Assembly: GCA_020725665.1 (NCBI GenBank)
Contig: DYEO01000028.1
Span: 718-64,717 of the forward strand
DNA from: Dethiobacter sp.
Lineage (GTDB): Bacteria > Bacillota > Dethiobacteria > DTU022 > UBA8154
Length of the DNA: 64,000 nt
Reading direction: 5' to 3'
Part shown: positions 46,285 to 55,891 of the stretch, piece by piece
Numbering within the stretch: the stretch's first letter is position 1
Layout: each line of letters begins with the position of its first letter
The notes under the pieces: model-generated
Told to the model about the DNA's origin: nothing
The model's input: the letters and a program-made list of their open reading frames with translations, nothing else
Database searches by the model: none
Made by a program: the position numbers and the translations under genes

Positions 46285-47874
46285 ATGGATTTGAAGAAGG
46301 TTCTGGTGAGCGACCCGCTGGCCGAAGATGGCATTACCATCCTTAAAGAAGTGGCCCAGGTCGACGTAAAAACAGGCCTTAGCCACGAGGAACTCCTGTC
46401 CATTATCGGAGATTATGATGCCTTGCTTGTGCGTAGCGGTACCCAGGTGGAAGCGGATATTATCGCTGCCGGAAAAAAACTGAAAGTGATCGGCAGAGCC
46501 GGGGTTGGCGTTGACAATATCGACGTGGAGAAGGCGACGGAATTGGGCGTCCTCGTCATCAATGCGCCGGGAGGTAATACAATCTCTGCTGCCGAACATA
46601 CCATGGCCATGATGATGGCCCTGTCGCGCAATGTGGCCAATGCCTGCGGTTCACTGCGCTGCGGCGAGTGGAAAAGAAGTAAGTTTATCGGGGTGGAACT
46701 GTACCGCAAGAAACTGGGTGTTATCGGCTTTGGACGTATCGGGCAGGAGGTGGCCGTGCGGGCCAGGGCTTTCGGTATGGATATTTTAGCGTACGATCCG
46801 TACATATCCTCCGAGTATATTGAAAAACAGGGGTATACCCCGGTAACCCTGGACCAGCTTTTTGCCGGCGCCGATTTCATCACTATCCACGCACCCAAAA
46901 CATCTGCCACAAAGTATCTTATCGACGCCGACGCGCTGGCCAGGATGAAGGACGGCGTACGCATTATCAATGTAGCCCGTGGCGGTCTCATCGATGAAAA
47001 AGCGCTCTACGATGCCATTGTGAGCGGCAAGGTTGCGGGCGCGGCCCTTGATGTCTTTGAAAACGAACCACCCTCCGACAGTCCCCTGCTACAACTGGAA
47101 CAGGTAGTCTGCACACCTCACCTCGGCGCTTCCACGGAAGAGGCCCAGGTCAAGGTGGCGGTACAGGTGGCCGAGCAGTTTGTGCGCCTCTTCAAGGGTG
47201 AACCGGTGCAGATGGCCGTTAATGCCCCGATCCTGCCTCCGGAGGCCATGGCCGAGGTGGAACCTTTTATTCCCCTCATGACCACGATGGGGAGCTTCTT
47301 TATGCAGTTTTTTGGCGGCCGCATCAAGTCGGTGGAAATTAACTACAGCGGTGAGGTATCCGCCCATCCCGTGGCTCCCCTGACCACCGCCCTGCTGATC
47401 GGTTTACTGCAGGTCATTCTGAGGAGTAATGTAAATTATGTCAACGCACCGCCCATTGCCAAGCAGCGCGGCATCAAGATTGAAGAAACTACGAGCAGGA
47501 ATGCGCCCATTTACCGCAACCTGATTACGGTGAAGATCACCACGGAGGAAGGGACCCATAGCATTGCCGGAACCCTTTTCGAAGGCAGCGAAATGCGCAT
47601 TGTCCAGATCGACAATTATGGTATCGAAATTGTCCCCTCCCGCTACATGGTAGTAAACAGGTATCATGATCGTACCGGGGTGGTGGGCAAGGTGGGGACC
47701 CTGCTCGGCAATAACAGTATAAATATTGCCAGCATGCAGTTGGGACGCAACCTGGAAAGAGGTGAGGCGCTCATGGTCCTGCAGGTGGACAGTCCCATCT
47801 CCCCCGAGATCATTGCAGAGCTGCAGGGTGATGATTTGATGATCAAGTCTTGCTTTATTGAACTTCCCCTTTAA
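46285..47874 (+). CDS. serA: D-3-phosphoglycerate dehydrogenase SerA (with ACT domain)
   Basis: Rossmann GxGxxG (VIGFGRIGQEVA), D-2-hydroxyacid dehydrogenase catalytic residues, and a C-terminal ACT-like region. Confidence 0.9.
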   Translation: MDLKKVLVSDPLAEDGITILKEVAQVDVKTGLSHEELLSIIGDYDALLVRSGTQVEADIIAAGKKLKVIGRAGVGVDNIDVEKATELGVLVINAPGGNTISAAEHTMAMMMALSRNVANACGSLRCGEWKRSKFIGVELYRKKLGVIGFGRIGQEVAVRARAFGMDILAYDPYISSEYIEKQGYTPVTLDQLFAGADFITIHAPKTSATKYLIDADALARMKDGVRIINVARGGLIDEKALYDAIVSGKVAGAALDVFENEPPSDSPLLQLEQVVCTPHLGASTEEAQVKVAVQVAEQFVRLFKGEPVQMAVNAPILPPEAMAEVEPFIPLMTTMGSFFMQFFGGRIKSVEINYSGEVSAHPVAPLTTALLIGLLQVILRSNVNYVNAPPIAKQRGIKIEETTSRNAPIYRNLITVKITTEEGTHSIAGTLFEGSEMRIVQIDNYGIEIVPSRYMVVNRYHDRTGVVGKVGTLLGNNSINIASMQLGRNLERGEALMVLQVDSPISPEIIAELQGDDLMIKSCFIELPL

Positions 47875-47925
47875 GGGATTTTTACGGGGAGGAAGGAGCA
47901 GAATAAAGATAAAAGGGTGATTTCC

Positions 47926-48150
47926 ATGCCGCTTTACGAATTCCGTTGCACCTGCGGGCACGTATTTGAAAAGCTCTGCCGCAGCAGCGATGACGACAGC
48001 CCTGCCTGCCCTAAATGCGGGGGTGTCTCCGAGAAAGTTTTCTCCAGCTTCAGCGTGGGACGCTCCGCCCCGGCAACAGGCTGCAGGGTGCAAGGGGGCC
48101 AAGCGGGCGGCCCTTGCAGCAGTTGCAGTTACGCCAGGCACGTCCATTAA
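47926..48150 (+). CDS. FmdB-family zinc-ribbon protein
   Basis: MPLYEFRCTCGHVFE...CPKCGG, the FmdB regulatory zinc-ribbon signature. Confidence 0.7.
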   Translation: MPLYEFRCTCGHVFEKLCRSSDDDSPACPKCGGVSEKVFSSFSVGRSAPATGCRVQGGQAGGPCSSCSYARHVH

Positions 48151-48159
48151 ATTGCGCTG

Positions 48160-48204
48160 AAAACCTCTATAAAGGCCCGGGCCTCTATAGAGGTTTTCTA
48201 TTTG
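48160..48204 (+). terminator. rho-independent terminator
   Basis: AAAACCTCTATAAAGGCCC/GGGCCTCTATAGAGGTTTT near-perfect 19-bp hairpin followed by a T-rich tail. Confidence 0.7.
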
Positions 48205-48266
48205 TATTGCGAAAACGGGTGCCCGGTTATATAATACTCACAGGGCTTACGGAAAGGACTTAATAA

Positions 48267-49430
48267 ATGGAAAAGCCGGCTATCTATTTTGACAATGCGG
48301 CCACCTCCTGGCCGAAGCCTGAGGCGGTTTATCATGCTGCGGAGCATTACCTGCGTTGCGGCGGGGCCAACCCCGGCCGCTCCGCCCATGCCCGTTCCCT
48401 TGCCTCAGAGCGACTCCTCTACGAATGCCGGGAAAGAGCCGCCGCATTCCTTGGAGCGGAAAAAGCGGAGCAGATCATCTTTACCCTCAATGCCACCGAT
48501 GCGCTGAATATGGCGATCAAGGGCATGCTGGAAGCAGGCGATCACGTCGTTTACAGCTCCTTTGAACACAATTCAGTGCTGCGGCCCCTCTACTCCCTGC
48601 GGGAGAGCGGTTTGATTAGCACCACGATGATCTCTCCTACAGGGAAGGATGCTGTTGATGCCGCATCATTTGACCGCGCCATCCGCCCGGAAACGAAACT
48701 GCTCATCTGCACCCATGCTTCCAACATCACCGGCCGTATTATGCCCGTGCAGGCCATCGGCAAAGTTGCCGCGGCTAGGGGTGTCTTTTTCCTGCTCGAT
48801 ACCGCCCAGACGGCGGGGGCGCTCCCTTTAAACGTACAGGAGATCGGCGCGCACCTGGCCGTTTTTACCGGACACAAAAGCCTGCTCGGTCCCCCCGGTG
48901 TAGGGCTGCTCTACCTGCGCGAGGGAGTAAAGATTAAACCCTGGCGTGAAGGGGGAACGGGCAGCCGTTCCGATGAGGAGCAGCATCCCAAATTTTTGCC
49001 CGATTACCTGGAAGCGGGGACAATGAACACCCCCGGTATTGCCGGCCTGAACGAGGGATTGAAATTTATCACCGCAACCGGTGTGGAAACAATCCGCGCA
49101 CACGAACTAAAACTTTGTCGTATTATGCTGCAGGGACTGGCCCAAATCGACGGTGTGAAAGTTTTCCGGTCCGCTGCTCCGGAGCACTATGTGGCAGTCA
49201 TATCATTCGTGCTCGAAGGATTGGACAGTGGGGAATTGGGATACATCCTGGAAGAAGGCTACGGCATCCTCTGCCGCACCGGCCTGCACTGTGCCCCCCA
49301 GGCCCACCGGGCCATCAGTACCTTTCCCGCCGGGACGGTGCGCTTCAGTTTTGGTTACTTCAACACGGAAGAAGAAGTGAATACTGCCCTCAAAGCCCTC
49401 AGCGAAGTGTCACGGCGACTGTTCCGCTGA
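48267..49430 (+). CDS. class V aminotransferase / cysteine desulfurase-family PLP enzyme
   Basis: IYFDNAATSWPKP N-terminus, PLP-lysine context (TGHKSLLGPPGVG) and a class V fold. Confidence 0.8.
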   Translation: MEKPAIYFDNAATSWPKPEAVYHAAEHYLRCGGANPGRSAHARSLASERLLYECRERAAAFLGAEKAEQIIFTLNATDALNMAIKGMLEAGDHVVYSSFEHNSVLRPLYSLRESGLISTTMISPTGKDAVDAASFDRAIRPETKLLICTHASNITGRIMPVQAIGKVAAARGVFFLLDTAQTAGALPLNVQEIGAHLAVFTGHKSLLGPPGVGLLYLREGVKIKPWREGGTGSRSDEEQHPKFLPDYLEAGTMNTPGIAGLNEGLKFITATGVETIRAHELKLCRIMLQGLAQIDGVKVFRSAAPEHYVAVISFVLEGLDSGELGYILEEGYGILCRTGLHCAPQAHRAISTFPAGTVRFSFGYFNTEEEVNTALKALSEVSRRLFR

Positions 49431-49582
49431 CAGCATTCCGGGATATGTTTAAAAAAAAGCGACCGAATTGTAAGCCTATCAAACTGTCCATTGTCCACTT
49501 TGTTATGGTGTTGTAAAGCATCTGCGTGTGAATTATGTCTCCTCCGGATAGATAATATTCGCTCAATAGCAGCCCATACCTT

Positions 49583-49593
49583 CCCCCCCCCCC
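49583..49593. repeat. C11 homopolymeric tract in promoter region
   Basis: 11 consecutive C immediately upstream of TTGCCA and an AT-rich region, ~110 nt before the ORF at 49701. Confidence 0.7.
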
Positions 49594-49700
49594 TTGCCAA
49601 AAAATCTTTTCTTTTAATGGCTTTTCTGGTAATGTTATAATAATAAGGACAATGAAAAAAAGGCTTTCAGAAATTATATTATTATGGAGGAGGGAAGAAA

Positions 49701-50099
49701 ATGGCTGCACAGGATTCACTGGACCGGATCATTGATGTATTGCCTGAAAATTTGAAGTGCCTCGTCATGAAAGAAGTGCATGACAAAGAGAATTTTCTGG
49801 CGGTGGTGAAAGGGATTAAGGGTGAAGCTTTGGCCGTTACAGACGAAGGGGTGCATATGGTCAAGGAATCAGACCGGTGCAGTTTCTTCCCCTTCAGCGC
49901 CATTGCCTCCATAAAAATCTACCGTGAACTGCGTCGCGGTAAGTTTGAACTGATCCTGCGGGGAGGAAAAAGACCCGAACAGGGATTAATGATGGGGTAC
50001 GAGGCTGATCCCGCTGAGCATGTGGTCAACTTTCCCTTTGCCAAGATGGCCATGTTCAAGAAAGTTGGCGAAATGATCTGGGAGCGAATAACGGCTTAA
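49701..50099 (+). CDS. hypothetical protein (132 aa)
   Basis: GGAGGAGGG SD then ATG. No recognisable motif. Confidence 0.5.
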   Translation: MAAQDSLDRIIDVLPENLKCLVMKEVHDKENFLAVVKGIKGEALAVTDEGVHMVKESDRCSFFPFSAIASIKIYRELRRGKFELILRGGKRPEQGLMMGYEADPAEHVVNFPFAKMAMFKKVGEMIWERITA

Positions 50100-50129
50100 T
50101 TTTTTAAGATAGCTGGTAACCGTTTTTTT

Positions 50130-50156
50130 GTAGGGGCGAGGCATGCCTCGCCCGCT
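50130..50156. repeat. REP-like GC palindrome (GGGCGAGGCATGCCTCGCCC, 20-nt perfect palindrome with GTAGG head)
   Basis: Lies upstream of thrC. Confidence 0.6.
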
Positions 50157-50199
50157 CATATTTTTAACAGCATTTAATCAGCAGGAAAGGAGTCAGCAG

Positions 50200-51717
50200 A
50201 TGTTGTATATCAGCACGCGGGGAAATCACGAACCTGTCAGTGCCTCCAGGGCAATTCTGCTGGGCATGGTGCCGTCCGGCGGCCTCTTTGTGCCCGACTC
50301 CATTCCCGTGCTCGAGGAAGGGCAGCTCCGTGCCCTGCAGGGCCAGAGTTATACCGGCGTGGCACAGCAGATTGTCAGCCCCTACCTGGATGATTACAGC
50401 GGGGCGGAGATTGACGCCTGCCTGGCCTGCGCCTACAGCAGCGGGAATTTCAGCCATCCCCTGATTGCCCCCCTGTACCGTCTGGATGACGGCATTCACC
50501 TGCTTGAGCTGTGGCACGGACCCACCGCCGCCTTCAAGGATATGGCCCTGCAGCTCATGCCCCACCTCCTCTCCCGGGCCCTGGGGAAGGAAGGGCAGCG
50601 GGATGAACTGGTCATCCTCGTGGCTACCTCCGGCGACACGGGCAAGGCGGCCCTGGAGGGGTTCAGTGATGTTCCCGGTATCCGCATTATTGTTTTTTAC
50701 CCGCACGGCGGCGTGAGCCGGGTCCAGGAGCTGCAGATGACCACCACCAGCGGCGCCAACACCAGCGTGGTGGCAGTCCGCGGCAATTTTGACGACTGCC
50801 AGGGCGCGGTAAAGGATGTTTTTTCCGACCGGGAACTGGAGCAATGCCTGAAGAAAAAGGGTTTTACCCTCTCCTCGGCCAACTCCATTAATTGGGGCAG
50901 GCTGTTGCCCCAGATCGTCTATTATTTCTGGGCCTGGTTGCAGTTGACGCAAGGCGAAGGAGAAAGGGGCGCCACCCTGGAACGGGTTAATATTGTCGTT
51001 CCTACCGGCAATTTTGGCAATATCCTGGCTGCCTGGTATGCCTGGCGTATGGGCCTCCCTGTCAAAAAGCTGATTTGTGCTTCTAACGAAAACAGGGTGC
51101 TCACTGATTTTTTCCAAACAGGCATCTACGATAGCAACCGGGAATTCCGGCGTACCAGCAGCCCCTCCATGGATATTCTCATCTCCGGCAACCTGGAGCG
51201 CCTTCTTTTTGCTGTGAGTGGCAGCGACGGGGAGCGTACGCAAGGCTGGATGGATGAGCTGAAAAAAACAGGTGTCTTCCAGGTTGACGCGGCCACGCGG
51301 CAGGCCCTGGACCGGATCATTTATGCCGGCTGGGCCGGGGAAAGAGAAACCATGAAGACGATTCGGGAGACATTTACAAAATATGACTATCTTTTGGATA
51401 CGCACACGGCGGTGGGCTTGAGCGTATACGAGCAATACAGGGCGGCGACCGCGGATAACACCCCTGCAATTATTGCCGCCACCGCCAGCCCCTTTAAATT
51501 CAGCGCCAGTGTCCTGGCGGCGCTGCGGGGGGATGATATGTGGCTGCAGGATTTGGACGAATTCTCTATTCTTACCGAGCTGAGCCGGCTGAGTGGAGTT
51601 TCCGTTCACCCCGCGCTGCAGGACCTGCAAGGCAAAACAGTAAGGCACAGGCTTGTATGCGGCAAAGGGGAGATCAGCCAAAAAATCATGGAAATTCTCA
51701 AATATCAGGGACGCTAA
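50200..51717 (+). CDS. thrC: threonine synthase ThrC (long form)
   Basis: MLYISTRG N-terminus. PLP lysine motif (FKDMALQ) and a ~505-aa long-type threonine synthase. Confidence 0.9.
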   Translation: MLYISTRGNHEPVSASRAILLGMVPSGGLFVPDSIPVLEEGQLRALQGQSYTGVAQQIVSPYLDDYSGAEIDACLACAYSSGNFSHPLIAPLYRLDDGIHLLELWHGPTAAFKDMALQLMPHLLSRALGKEGQRDELVILVATSGDTGKAALEGFSDVPGIRIIVFYPHGGVSRVQELQMTTTSGANTSVVAVRGNFDDCQGAVKDVFSDRELEQCLKKKGFTLSSANSINWGRLLPQIVYYFWAWLQLTQGEGERGATLERVNIVVPTGNFGNILAAWYAWRMGLPVKKLICASNENRVLTDFFQTGIYDSNREFRRTSSPSMDILISGNLERLLFAVSGSDGERTQGWMDELKKTGVFQVDAATRQALDRIIYAGWAGERETMKTIRETFTKYDYLLDTHTAVGLSVYEQYRAATADNTPAIIAATASPFKFSASVLAALRGDDMWLQDLDEFSILTELSRLSGVSVHPALQDLQGKTVRHRLVCGKGEISQKIMEILKYQGR

Positions 51718-51820
51718 AGGAGCCTTATTAATCTTCATAAGTTTTTGTTGCGGCACCCTGCCTGCACCCCCGGGGCTATCTCTTAACCTCAAGCCCCGGA
51801 CCTCCTGTATTATTAATAAA

Positions 51821-51985
51821 GCCCTGCTACAGGTGAAAAATCTACAGGTTACTTTTACTACACTGCAGGGAACGGTCAGGGCCGTTGATACCCTTGATGT
51901 AAACATGGACAATAAGGACCGCCTGGCGCTGCTGGGAGAGTGGGGCTGTGGAAAAACCGTATTTCTCCATTCCTTAATGGGATAA
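51821..51985 (+). pseudogene. N-terminal fragment of an Opp/Dpp-type ABC transporter ATPase
   Basis: ALLQVKNLQVTFTTLQGTVRAVDTLDVNMDNKDRLALLGEWGCGKTVFLHSLMG then stop. It has a degenerate Walker A and no rest of the ABC domain. Confidence 0.55.
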
Positions 51986-52026
51986 CGCTGCTTGATACTT
52001 ACTTCAAAGCAAAGGAGTTTAAAGAA

Positions 52027-52896
52027 TTGTGTAAAGTTACAAGGACCGAAGATCAGAATTTAGAGCTTTTTGACGGCGCCTTTTGGGCGGATGCCTGGGC
52101 CCGGGCCCGCCAAAAATCATCCCTTTACCGGGAAGGATACGACGAGTCAAGCTGGAATGCTTTTTGGAACCAGTACGCGGGCACTTACCTGAAGGTCAAC
52201 CAGGCCCTGGAGGAACATCTCCGGACCCTGGTCTCCTCCTGGAGAGAGGAAGGGCTGGTGGGGCCTTCCTCGCGTGTTTTGGATATCGGCTGCGGTCCAG
52301 GCGCCTATGCCCTTCCCCTGGCCCGGGAGGTCCGGGAAGTGGTGGCGCTGGACACGGCCCCGCAGATGCTGGAGACACTGGCACAGGCGGCCCGTCAGCA
52401 GGAACTGAGTAATGTCGTTCCCTTTCAGGGTCACTGGGAAAAGGTGAATTTTGACAGGGAATTTGACCTGGTGCTGGCTGCCATATCACCAGCCATTTAT
52501 AATTACGAGACGCTGATGAAAATGAACGAGGCATCCCGCGGCAGTTGCATACTCATCAGCTACCGGCACTACCACGCACCCCTGCGGGAAATACTCTGGC
52601 AGAAACTGATGAAGGAAAAGCTGATAAGCCGGGCCTTTGAGATCACTTACCCTTTTAATATCCTTTATCAGGAAGGATTCAACCCCAATTTGCGGTTTAT
52701 GGAGCAGGATTACTGTTATACTGAAAAAACGGCGGTCATACGGGATAATTTCCGTGCTTATTTCCGCATATTCGGTAAAGATGAAAACAGCGTGGACAGG
52801 ACCCTGGACGAAATTTTCAACGGCTCGGCACAAGATGGAGAGATTACAGAAAAGGTGTCATCCTGTCTGGCCGTGATGTGGTGGCAAGCCCGGTGA
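52027..52896 (+). CDS. class I SAM-dependent methyltransferase
   Basis: Motif I VLDIGCGPGAYALPLA. Start set at the TTG 9 nt after AAGGAG; the open frame extends back to 51940. Confidence 0.7.
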   Translation: MCKVTRTEDQNLELFDGAFWADAWARARQKSSLYREGYDESSWNAFWNQYAGTYLKVNQALEEHLRTLVSSWREEGLVGPSSRVLDIGCGPGAYALPLAREVREVVALDTAPQMLETLAQAARQQELSNVVPFQGHWEKVNFDREFDLVLAAISPAIYNYETLMKMNEASRGSCILISYRHYHAPLREILWQKLMKEKLISRAFEITYPFNILYQEGFNPNLRFMEQDYCYTEKTAVIRDNFRAYFRIFGKDENSVDRTLDEIFNGSAQDGEITEKVSSCLAVMWWQAR

Positions 52897-53239
52897 AACG
52901 GCCGGGGTTTATTATACTTCTGGTGTACCTGCAAAAAACCGCCCGTTTTGACCTGGGGATGTCTATCCAGTACGGCCGCCCTGTTTATCCCCTGGTTATG
53001 GACAAGTTAAGAGAACGGGACACATATTCCAAAGCGAAACGTAACAGGATCCCGCATAGATGAAGATCGGCCCCGGGGCTCCGCCCTTTAAAACAACTTG
53101 AAGAAGACGGTAGGGTTAAAATTTACTTGAAGCCGGAACGCTGCCGCTTTATGTGTTGTAATGCCGCGCAACGGCCTGCGGAGCTTTCTCCAGGCGGCCT
53201 GGCATATCTTTTTTAAACGATTAGTGGAAATCTTTGGTG

Positions 53240-53268
53240 TTGTCAAAAGTCCGGAAGTTTATTATAAT
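53240..53268 (+). promoter_or_regulatory. sigma-A-type promoter (TTGTCA, 17-nt spacer, TATAAT)
   Basis: Near-consensus hexamers upstream of the pcrB-like gene. Confidence 0.5.
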
Positions 53269-53306
53269 TAATTTGAAAGAGGAGACTAAAACGGGGAAGA
53301 TTGATT

Positions 53307-54038
53307 ATGAGCATTGCCCGGTACCTGAGAGAGAAAATCAACGGGGGGACCGTGCATATTACCCTTATTGATCCAATGAAGCAATCACCTGAGGTTGCCG
53401 GTCGCCTTGCCCTCACCGCCCAAGAGGTGGGCAGTGACCTTATTCTGGTATTGGGTGTAAGCGGCCTGGCCCAGAGAAACCTCCTGGATACCACTATATC
53501 CATTCGTGAAAAGACATCCATACCACTTGTTTACTCCCCCGCCGGGGCGGAGGCCCTTTGTTTTTCCTTCGATGCCTTTCTCTTTTCATGCCTGCTTAAT
53601 TCCCGTAATGCTGGCTATACCTGCGGCGGGCAGTCGCAGGCGGCCGTTTTGCTTAAAAGAATGGAAGTGGAAACCATCCCCGTCGGCCTGGTGATGATAG
53701 AGCCCGGTTTAAAAACGGGAGATAACAACATTGATCTGGTCCCCCGTGACAATCACTGGCAGGCGGCCGGTTATGCCGCGGCGGCGGAACTTTTCGGCAT
53801 GAGCTATGTTTACCTGGAGGCAGGGCCAAATTCAGCCCAGCCTATCTCTGTCGCCATGATCCGTGCGGTGAAAAAAGAGATTTCCATTCCCCTGATTGTG
53901 GGTGGAGGCATTCGTACCGCCGTAGATGCTCGCCGTGTCCGGCAGGCCGGCGCTGATGTGGTTGTAACGGGAACGGTAATCGAGAATGCAGGTTACCGGG
54001 AAAGACTCCGTTCCATCCTCAGCGCGCTGAAGGATTAA
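53307..54038 (+). CDS. pcrB: (hepta/geranylgeranyl)prenylglyceryl phosphate synthase, PcrB family
   Basis: TIM-barrel GGGP synthase family motifs (IPLIVGGGIRT; GADVVVTGT). Confidence 0.75.
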   Translation: MSIARYLREKINGGTVHITLIDPMKQSPEVAGRLALTAQEVGSDLILVLGVSGLAQRNLLDTTISIREKTSIPLVYSPAGAEALCFSFDAFLFSCLLNSRNAGYTCGGQSQAAVLLKRMEVETIPVGLVMIEPGLKTGDNNIDLVPRDNHWQAAGYAAAAELFGMSYVYLEAGPNSAQPISVAMIRAVKKEISIPLIVGGGIRTAVDARRVRQAGADVVVTGTVIENAGYRERLRSILSALKD

Positions 54039-54072
54039 TATATACAAAAGCTGTGATTATACCCGCCCGGTA

Positions 54073-54099
54073 AACCTGACCCTGCGGTCAGGTTTTAGC
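54073..54099 (+). terminator. rho-independent terminator
   Basis: AACCTGACC-ctgc-GGTCAGGTTTT. Confidence 0.65.
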
Positions 54100-54135
54100 T
54101 TGGAAAATCACCCGCGGCGGAAAGGAGCAGGGAAA

Positions 54136-54630
54136 ATGAAAAGAGTTTTGTTGTTTCTGCTAACGGCGGCTCTCCTTTTGAGTAGTTCCGGCTGTACTGT
54201 TGTGGAAGAGACTCATGCCTTCGCTGAAAGTTTTCCCGACAAGCACTGGGAGAAAGTTTGGGTAATCAAAGAGCGGGAAACGGCCATAGCGATGGATGAG
54301 GAGCAGGTTGTCCTGGAGGGTCACTGCCTGATTCACTACGTTGGCGAGGAACCGGCGCATGATGTCAGCATCATCATCAGAAGCCCCCTCACCTATGGTT
54401 TTATCGATGATCAAATGACCCGACATTACGGAACCGTCAACCCGGGCGACAAACTTGAATATAAGTTGCATGCCGAGTATGCCGGCTGGCAGGATAAAGT
54501 ACCTGTTTATATCTTTGCCGACAAGATAAAGGACGATTACCTCGGAAACTTTTATGTAGGGATAAGCTGGCGCTACGGGGACTATACGTATAACAAGAAG
54601 TTTTTCGACTGGTCCGGTGAGAAACACTGA
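54136..54630 (+). CDS. hypothetical lipoprotein
   Basis: Signal peptide with lipobox (LLLSSSGC). Confidence 0.6.
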   Translation: MKRVLLFLLTAALLLSSSGCTVVEETHAFAESFPDKHWEKVWVIKERETAIAMDEEQVVLEGHCLIHYVGEEPAHDVSIIIRSPLTYGFIDDQMTRHYGTVNPGDKLEYKLHAEYAGWQDKVPVYIFADKIKDDYLGNFYVGISWRYGDYTYNKKFFDWSGEKH

Positions 54631-54643
54631 TGACTCCTGAGTA

Positions 54644-55177
54644 TCAGAGGTAATAAACCAGGCCAAAAATAGCACCGGCCCCGACAAAGAGCAGGGGATG
54701 CAAGCGGGTATAGAGGAGCAGCAGAAAACAGACCGCGGCAAAGAGAGCGCCGGGCAGATCCACGATGGCGCTTTTTCCCACTACTACGGCAGCCAGACCC
54801 ATAAGGGCGATTACGGCAGGATGAATTCCTGCCAGAACTTTTTTCAGCCTGGGGTTATGGGTGAAACAGGAGATGAGACGCGTTGCCGGCAGGGCAATGA
54901 TCAGGGAAGGGAAGACAACCCCCAGTGTGGCGACTGCAGCCCCGGTTATGCCGGCTACCCGGTAACCGGTGAAAGTGGCGGCATTAATCGCCACCGGCCC
55001 CGGGGTCATCTCCGCCACTGCAATAATATCGATAAACTCCGCACTGCTTAACCAGCGGTTGACCTGCACTATTTCATATTCGATGAGGGCCAGCATGGTA
55101 TAGCCTCCCCCGAAGCCAAAAAAGCCGATTTTCAGGTAAGATACAAACAACTGCCATAACAGGACAAACATCCGCAC
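54644..55177 (-). CDS. chrA: chromate transporter (CHR family) short-chain protein
   Basis: GFFGFGGGYTMLAL motif. Paired with the adjacent second half-size CHR protein. Confidence 0.85.
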   Translation of the reverse strand: MRMFVLLWQLFVSYLKIGFFGFGGGYTMLALIEYEIVQVNRWLSSAEFIDIIAVAEMTPGPVAINAATFTGYRVAGITGAAVATLGVVFPSLIIALPATRLISCFTHNPRLKKVLAGIHPAVIALMGLAAVVVGKSAIVDLPGALFAAVCFLLLLYTRLHPLLFVGAGAIFGLVYYL

Positions 55178-55178
55178 C

Positions 55179-55778
55179 CTACTCCTTTACTTCCTTTGCC
55201 TCGACCTGCTGCAGCGGTAAAAAGAGGCCTGCCAACGCCCCGCCGATAATCACGAACAGAGGATGAATATTAAAAACAATGAGCCCTCCCAGGAAGAGGG
55301 TAAAAAGCAACAGGGAGGGTCGGTTCTTTAATACGGCACGCCCCAGTTTAACAGCGGAAGCGGCAATCAGTGCCGTCACCGCCGGCCGGATCCCCTGGAA
55401 TACCCCGTGAGCCAGGGGGTTTTCCCTGTACTGCCATAAGAAGACGACAACGGCCAGTATGAGTAAAAAAGAGGGAAGGACGGCTCCCAGCAGGGAGCAC
55501 AGGCTGCCCTTCAGACCCTGCAGGCGATAGCCGGAGATGACGGAGAGGTTGACGATAATCGGCCCGGGAACAGATTGGGCCAGGACAAGGCAATCCACAA
55601 ATTTATGGTCGTCCATCCACCTTTTCTTCTCCACCAGTTCCGCCTGGAGCAGGGGAACCATGGCGACACCGCCCCCAAATGTAAAGGCCCCGATTTTTAA
55701 AAACATAAAAAAAAGCTGGAAAAGGGAAGCATCCGGCCCTGCCTTTTTAAATCCCTCCAAGCGCAAATCATCATCCAT
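55179..55778 (-). CDS. chrA: chromate transporter (CHR family) short-chain protein
   Basis: GAFTFGGGVAMVPLL motif. Together with 54644-55177 it forms a split ChrA pair. Confidence 0.85.
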   Translation of the reverse strand: MDDDLRLEGFKKAGPDASLFQLFFMFLKIGAFTFGGGVAMVPLLQAELVEKKRWMDDHKFVDCLVLAQSVPGPIIVNLSVISGYRLQGLKGSLCSLLGAVLPSFLLILAVVVFLWQYRENPLAHGVFQGIRPAVTALIAASAVKLGRAVLKNRPSLLLFTLFLGGLIVFNIHPLFVIIGGALAGLFLPLQQVEAKEVKE

Positions 55779-55891
55779 GAGGTCGCAACTCCTTTAACAA
55801 ATACACCTATCTTACATATACATACCGGATTCGGCAAGTGCGCCTATATGCCATACCAGCAAGTCTTCAAATGCTTTCGCTAGTTCTCTCG

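Noticed and set aside
50164-51912. 582-aa ORF on the minus strand antisense to thrC
   Set aside because: It lies entirely opposite a well-supported threonine synthase gene and has no start context or recognisable motifs. Long antisense ORFs are expected at this GC content.
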